Assembly (NCBI RefSeq): GCF_964204645.1 | Contig: NC_134031.1 | Coordinates: forward strand, 3,100,001-3,164,000 | Length of the DNA stretch: 64,000 nucleotides | Direction of reading: 5' to 3' | Source: Tubulanus polymorphus | Taxonomy: Eukaryota; Animalia; Nemertea | Notes under the pieces: generated by a model | The model's database searches: none | What the model was told of the DNA's origin: nothing | Seen by the model: the letters and a program-made list of their open reading frames with translations, nothing else | In this document: positions 61,251 through 64,000 of the stretch, one piece after another | Layout of the letters: every line of letters begins with the position of its first letter | How positions within the stretch are numbered: the first letter of the stretch is position 1 | Program-made: the position numbers and the translations under genes

Positions 61251-62043
61251 ATGATAGGTAAGTTATTGAATAAAGATTCTTTCAACGCTAATAGTATTTA
61301 TCGTCTATGTCCTATCGCGGAAACGGGCAGTTTCTTTCAGTTATTTTCATCGTCACTTTTTTCTGTTTGCTGCTTTACGTTTAACATCGTCAATAGGTCA
61401 TGAAATTCTGAAGAATGTTCTATATACAAAATACATGGTTAGTTAAATGCCCGAATGGTTGTCAGACTTATATCGACATATTCTGCTAATCTAGTGTTTT
61501 GCATGAACACGCCGATTTTCAAGAATCGCTTTTAGAATTGTACGTCTTTCAAGATATCCTTCTATTTCCTTTTTAATCAGATATTGTACGTAGAAAGTTA
61601 GGACAAACGGATTCTTGATATATTGTTTCTTATACGCAAATAAGTGTAAGTTCATCACAATGCAAAAAAAACATTGATTGTAGTTAATCAAGTTGATAAA
61701 ATCGGTACACAGCGAAGTATTCTGTAGTGCTTCGTACGTGGTAATTAGATAATTAGAGAATCGCTTTTAGGAAGAGCGTCATCTTTCAAAATAGATTGAA
61801 TTTTACTTTTTTGCAGATAATTGTGTGAAGCAATCACTATATAGAATGTATGGGCAATATAAACCTTGATATGTACATTTATTTTCAGGCAACATTTCTG
61901 ATATAGTTGTTCCGCTGTGTGGAATTTTTGTGTCCTTCTGGGCAATGGCTGCAGCCGATGAAGAAAAAGAACTAGAGACCAATGATTTGGCGAGGTTAAT
62001 TCGGAGTTTATGCGGCACTCGAGCCGGATGTCCCTTAAAATAA
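61251..62043 (+). CDS. RLIR prepropeptide copy 8 (core SLCGTRAGCPLK), 53 aa
   Basis: join(61251-61257, 61889-62043); MIGNISDIVVPLCGIFVSFWAMAAADEEKELETNDLARLIR|SLCGTRAGCPLK*. Confidence 0.83.
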
Positions 62044-64000
62044 TATATCTGCGAGTCATCGACTGCTGGATTGTTTAGGGATGTTACATTTCCCGATTTT
62101 CCCTGCTTCTCAAACGTATAATTACGCATTATTTAGAAACCATATTTCGCATATTTAGTTCATTTAGGAAATAAATCTATAACTGACAATAATTCGATAA
62201 AAATTCCGAAAATAAATTTCATTTCACCGTGTTCCCGTGTTATCGATGTTTTTCATGTTTTCCCACTCTCCCTCTCTCCCTCTCTCCCTCCCTCTCTCCC
62301 CCCTCTCCCTCCGTTCCCTCCCTCTATCTCGCTCCCTTTTCCTCTTTCTTCAAAATCAGATATTATCCAGGGGCCAGTTTCATGGCTTAAATTTAAAACG
62401 ATTTTGTGGCCACCAGTTCTAAAGCCGATAAAACAACTTACGACATGCCTCAAGACTTAAGATAATTCCTGAACTTGAGTGTGCTTCAAACATTCACTCA
62501 ATGAGACGCGACAAGCACCTACCCGTTATCAATTAACACTCAATTGATAATGAGGATGTAGAAACTATTGCATATTCATTTGACGGACAATAGGACGTCA
62601 TCTTTACACTACATAGTGGCAAGATGTTTACGCGTATGTTATTGTTTAGCAATAAGACATAGACGAGAGTGCTTCACTTATATGATAAGTATTCCGTGAT
62701 AAGACAGCAACCCGCGAGTAATATCTGTTTTGGTCTGAAATCCACGTGAAAAGCACGAAAAATAGACAATGAAACGACGACGCTTACTCATTCCACATTC
62801 ATCTATAAATATAAGGCGAACTATCCTGAAAATCCGGGCATAATAAAATTTGATTTGGTCTAAATGTTAAATTCAACGCGGCATCAAATTCAAATTGATC
62901 AACCAAATCGTATCAAATCACCTCCGGAGGTGATTTAGAGATGGCGGACTCACAATTTCTTTTTCAAAAGAGAGTTTCTGCCTTTCAATGAGCACGCTCT
63001 TAGCTGTTTTTGAAAACTCAATGCATGTCGTGTGCCATCGACTAATCGTTTTAGAATCCATGATCAGTGTTATCAAATGGAAAACCCTATCAAAGCTGCC
63101 CCGAATTTCATCTTCTAGGAACTAGGAAATCGGCACAAACTAAACTCACCGTCGGTTCGACGGCAAATCTTTTATTTCACATATAATGATAAACGTACAC
63201 AGTCATATACATATGATATAAATATATATAAATAATCGATTAAAATTAATTTCGTCATCGAATGAATTGAGCGTATTGAAATTCAAACTCGTAGCACTAT
63301 AAAACTTCACTAGTGTAAAGTGGGTTCGAAATGCTATCGTTTGACAAATTGAAAACCTGTCGCATGGAGTAAGTTAACCCTATACTCTCGAATTCAATTA
63401 TATCAGTCTGGTCATTAGAATTTCTCTCACTTTCACTGAGAGCACTGTGTTTGGGCCTCTGGAAAAGCTTTCTGTGCAACTGTTCGCAAGAATCAGCCAT
63501 CTTGATTCTGATCGGGCCAGTTTTTGGGCTGCGGATGTGTCTAAAGTGTAGATACATGCATAACCGAGGTACCAAGACGATCCATTGAAGCCTCTTTCAA
63601 TCTCCCCAAAAAATAGGATTTCAGTCTACGGACGAATGGACGGACGAAAAGTGAACTCGTTTTAAATGGCGCGCGTCGTCACCGTTCCAACACGCGAAGA
63701 GAGGATACACAGTCGGATAGCTCGCGCCGAGAGCGTCGAAATTTCTCTTGCTAGGCAACATCAAATGACGGGCGAGGAAGCTAGGCTTCAGCTGTTTTTT
63801 GTTGTTGCGAAGCCAATCTAACACTTCAGTAGAATTTTTTAAGATTTGAGACAAATGAACTTGTCGAGAGTGCATCAAACATTCAGTCAAGCGAGCAAAA
63901 CGACGAGCACCCCACCCGTAATCATTGCCAGAATGACAACGAGGATGTTGAAACTATGAATCGCTTATTCATTAGACGGCCAATATGACGTCAACGTTAC

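Larger units (their letters stand above)
53385..63025 (+). repeat. Recent tandem segmental duplication (units of about 2.3-2.9 kb carrying copies 6, 7, 8)
   Basis: Promoter, intron, 3' UTR, CT-rich tract and downstream GATTTAGAGATGGCGGACTCACAATTTC blocks recur at about 53.4-56.3, 57.9-60.7 and 60.7-63.0 kb with high identity. Confidence 0.9.

Noticed and set aside
52856-62129. Recurring minus-strand ORFs containing SSSFSSSAAAIAQ..KIPHSGTT (52856, 54833, 59386, 61803)
   Set aside because: They are antisense shadows of the peptide coding exons; splice signals, signal peptide and cleavage site are all on the plus strand.

Overview
AT-rich, intron-containing animal genomic DNA, probably an invertebrate (lophotrochozoan-like; this is inference only). 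1-20 kb is mostly non-coding, with minisatellites, non-autonomous TIR elements and SINE fragments. It is followed by a Cys-rich multi-peptide neuropeptide precursor (20662-21117, +), a complete 15-exon GPR107/GPR108-family gene (24216-32043, -, about 605 aa, one GC-AG intron), and two intronless rhodopsin-class GPCRs (33851-34969 +, 48227-49216 -). The main result is mostly missed by the ORF track: a tandem array of eight small three-exon genes (about 36.2-62.1 kb; seven on +, one on -). Each encodes a 53-59 aa prepropeptide made of a conserved signal peptide (..PLCGIFxSI..), an acidic pro-region, an invariant RLIR cleavage site and a hypervariable 11-17 aa Gly/Ser-rich core with exactly two Cys. 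This is a toxin-, pheromone- or defence-peptide-like architecture. The array shares a conserved upstream module, is interleaved with the two orphan GPCRs, and shows recent duplications. All exon coordinates were read by hand.
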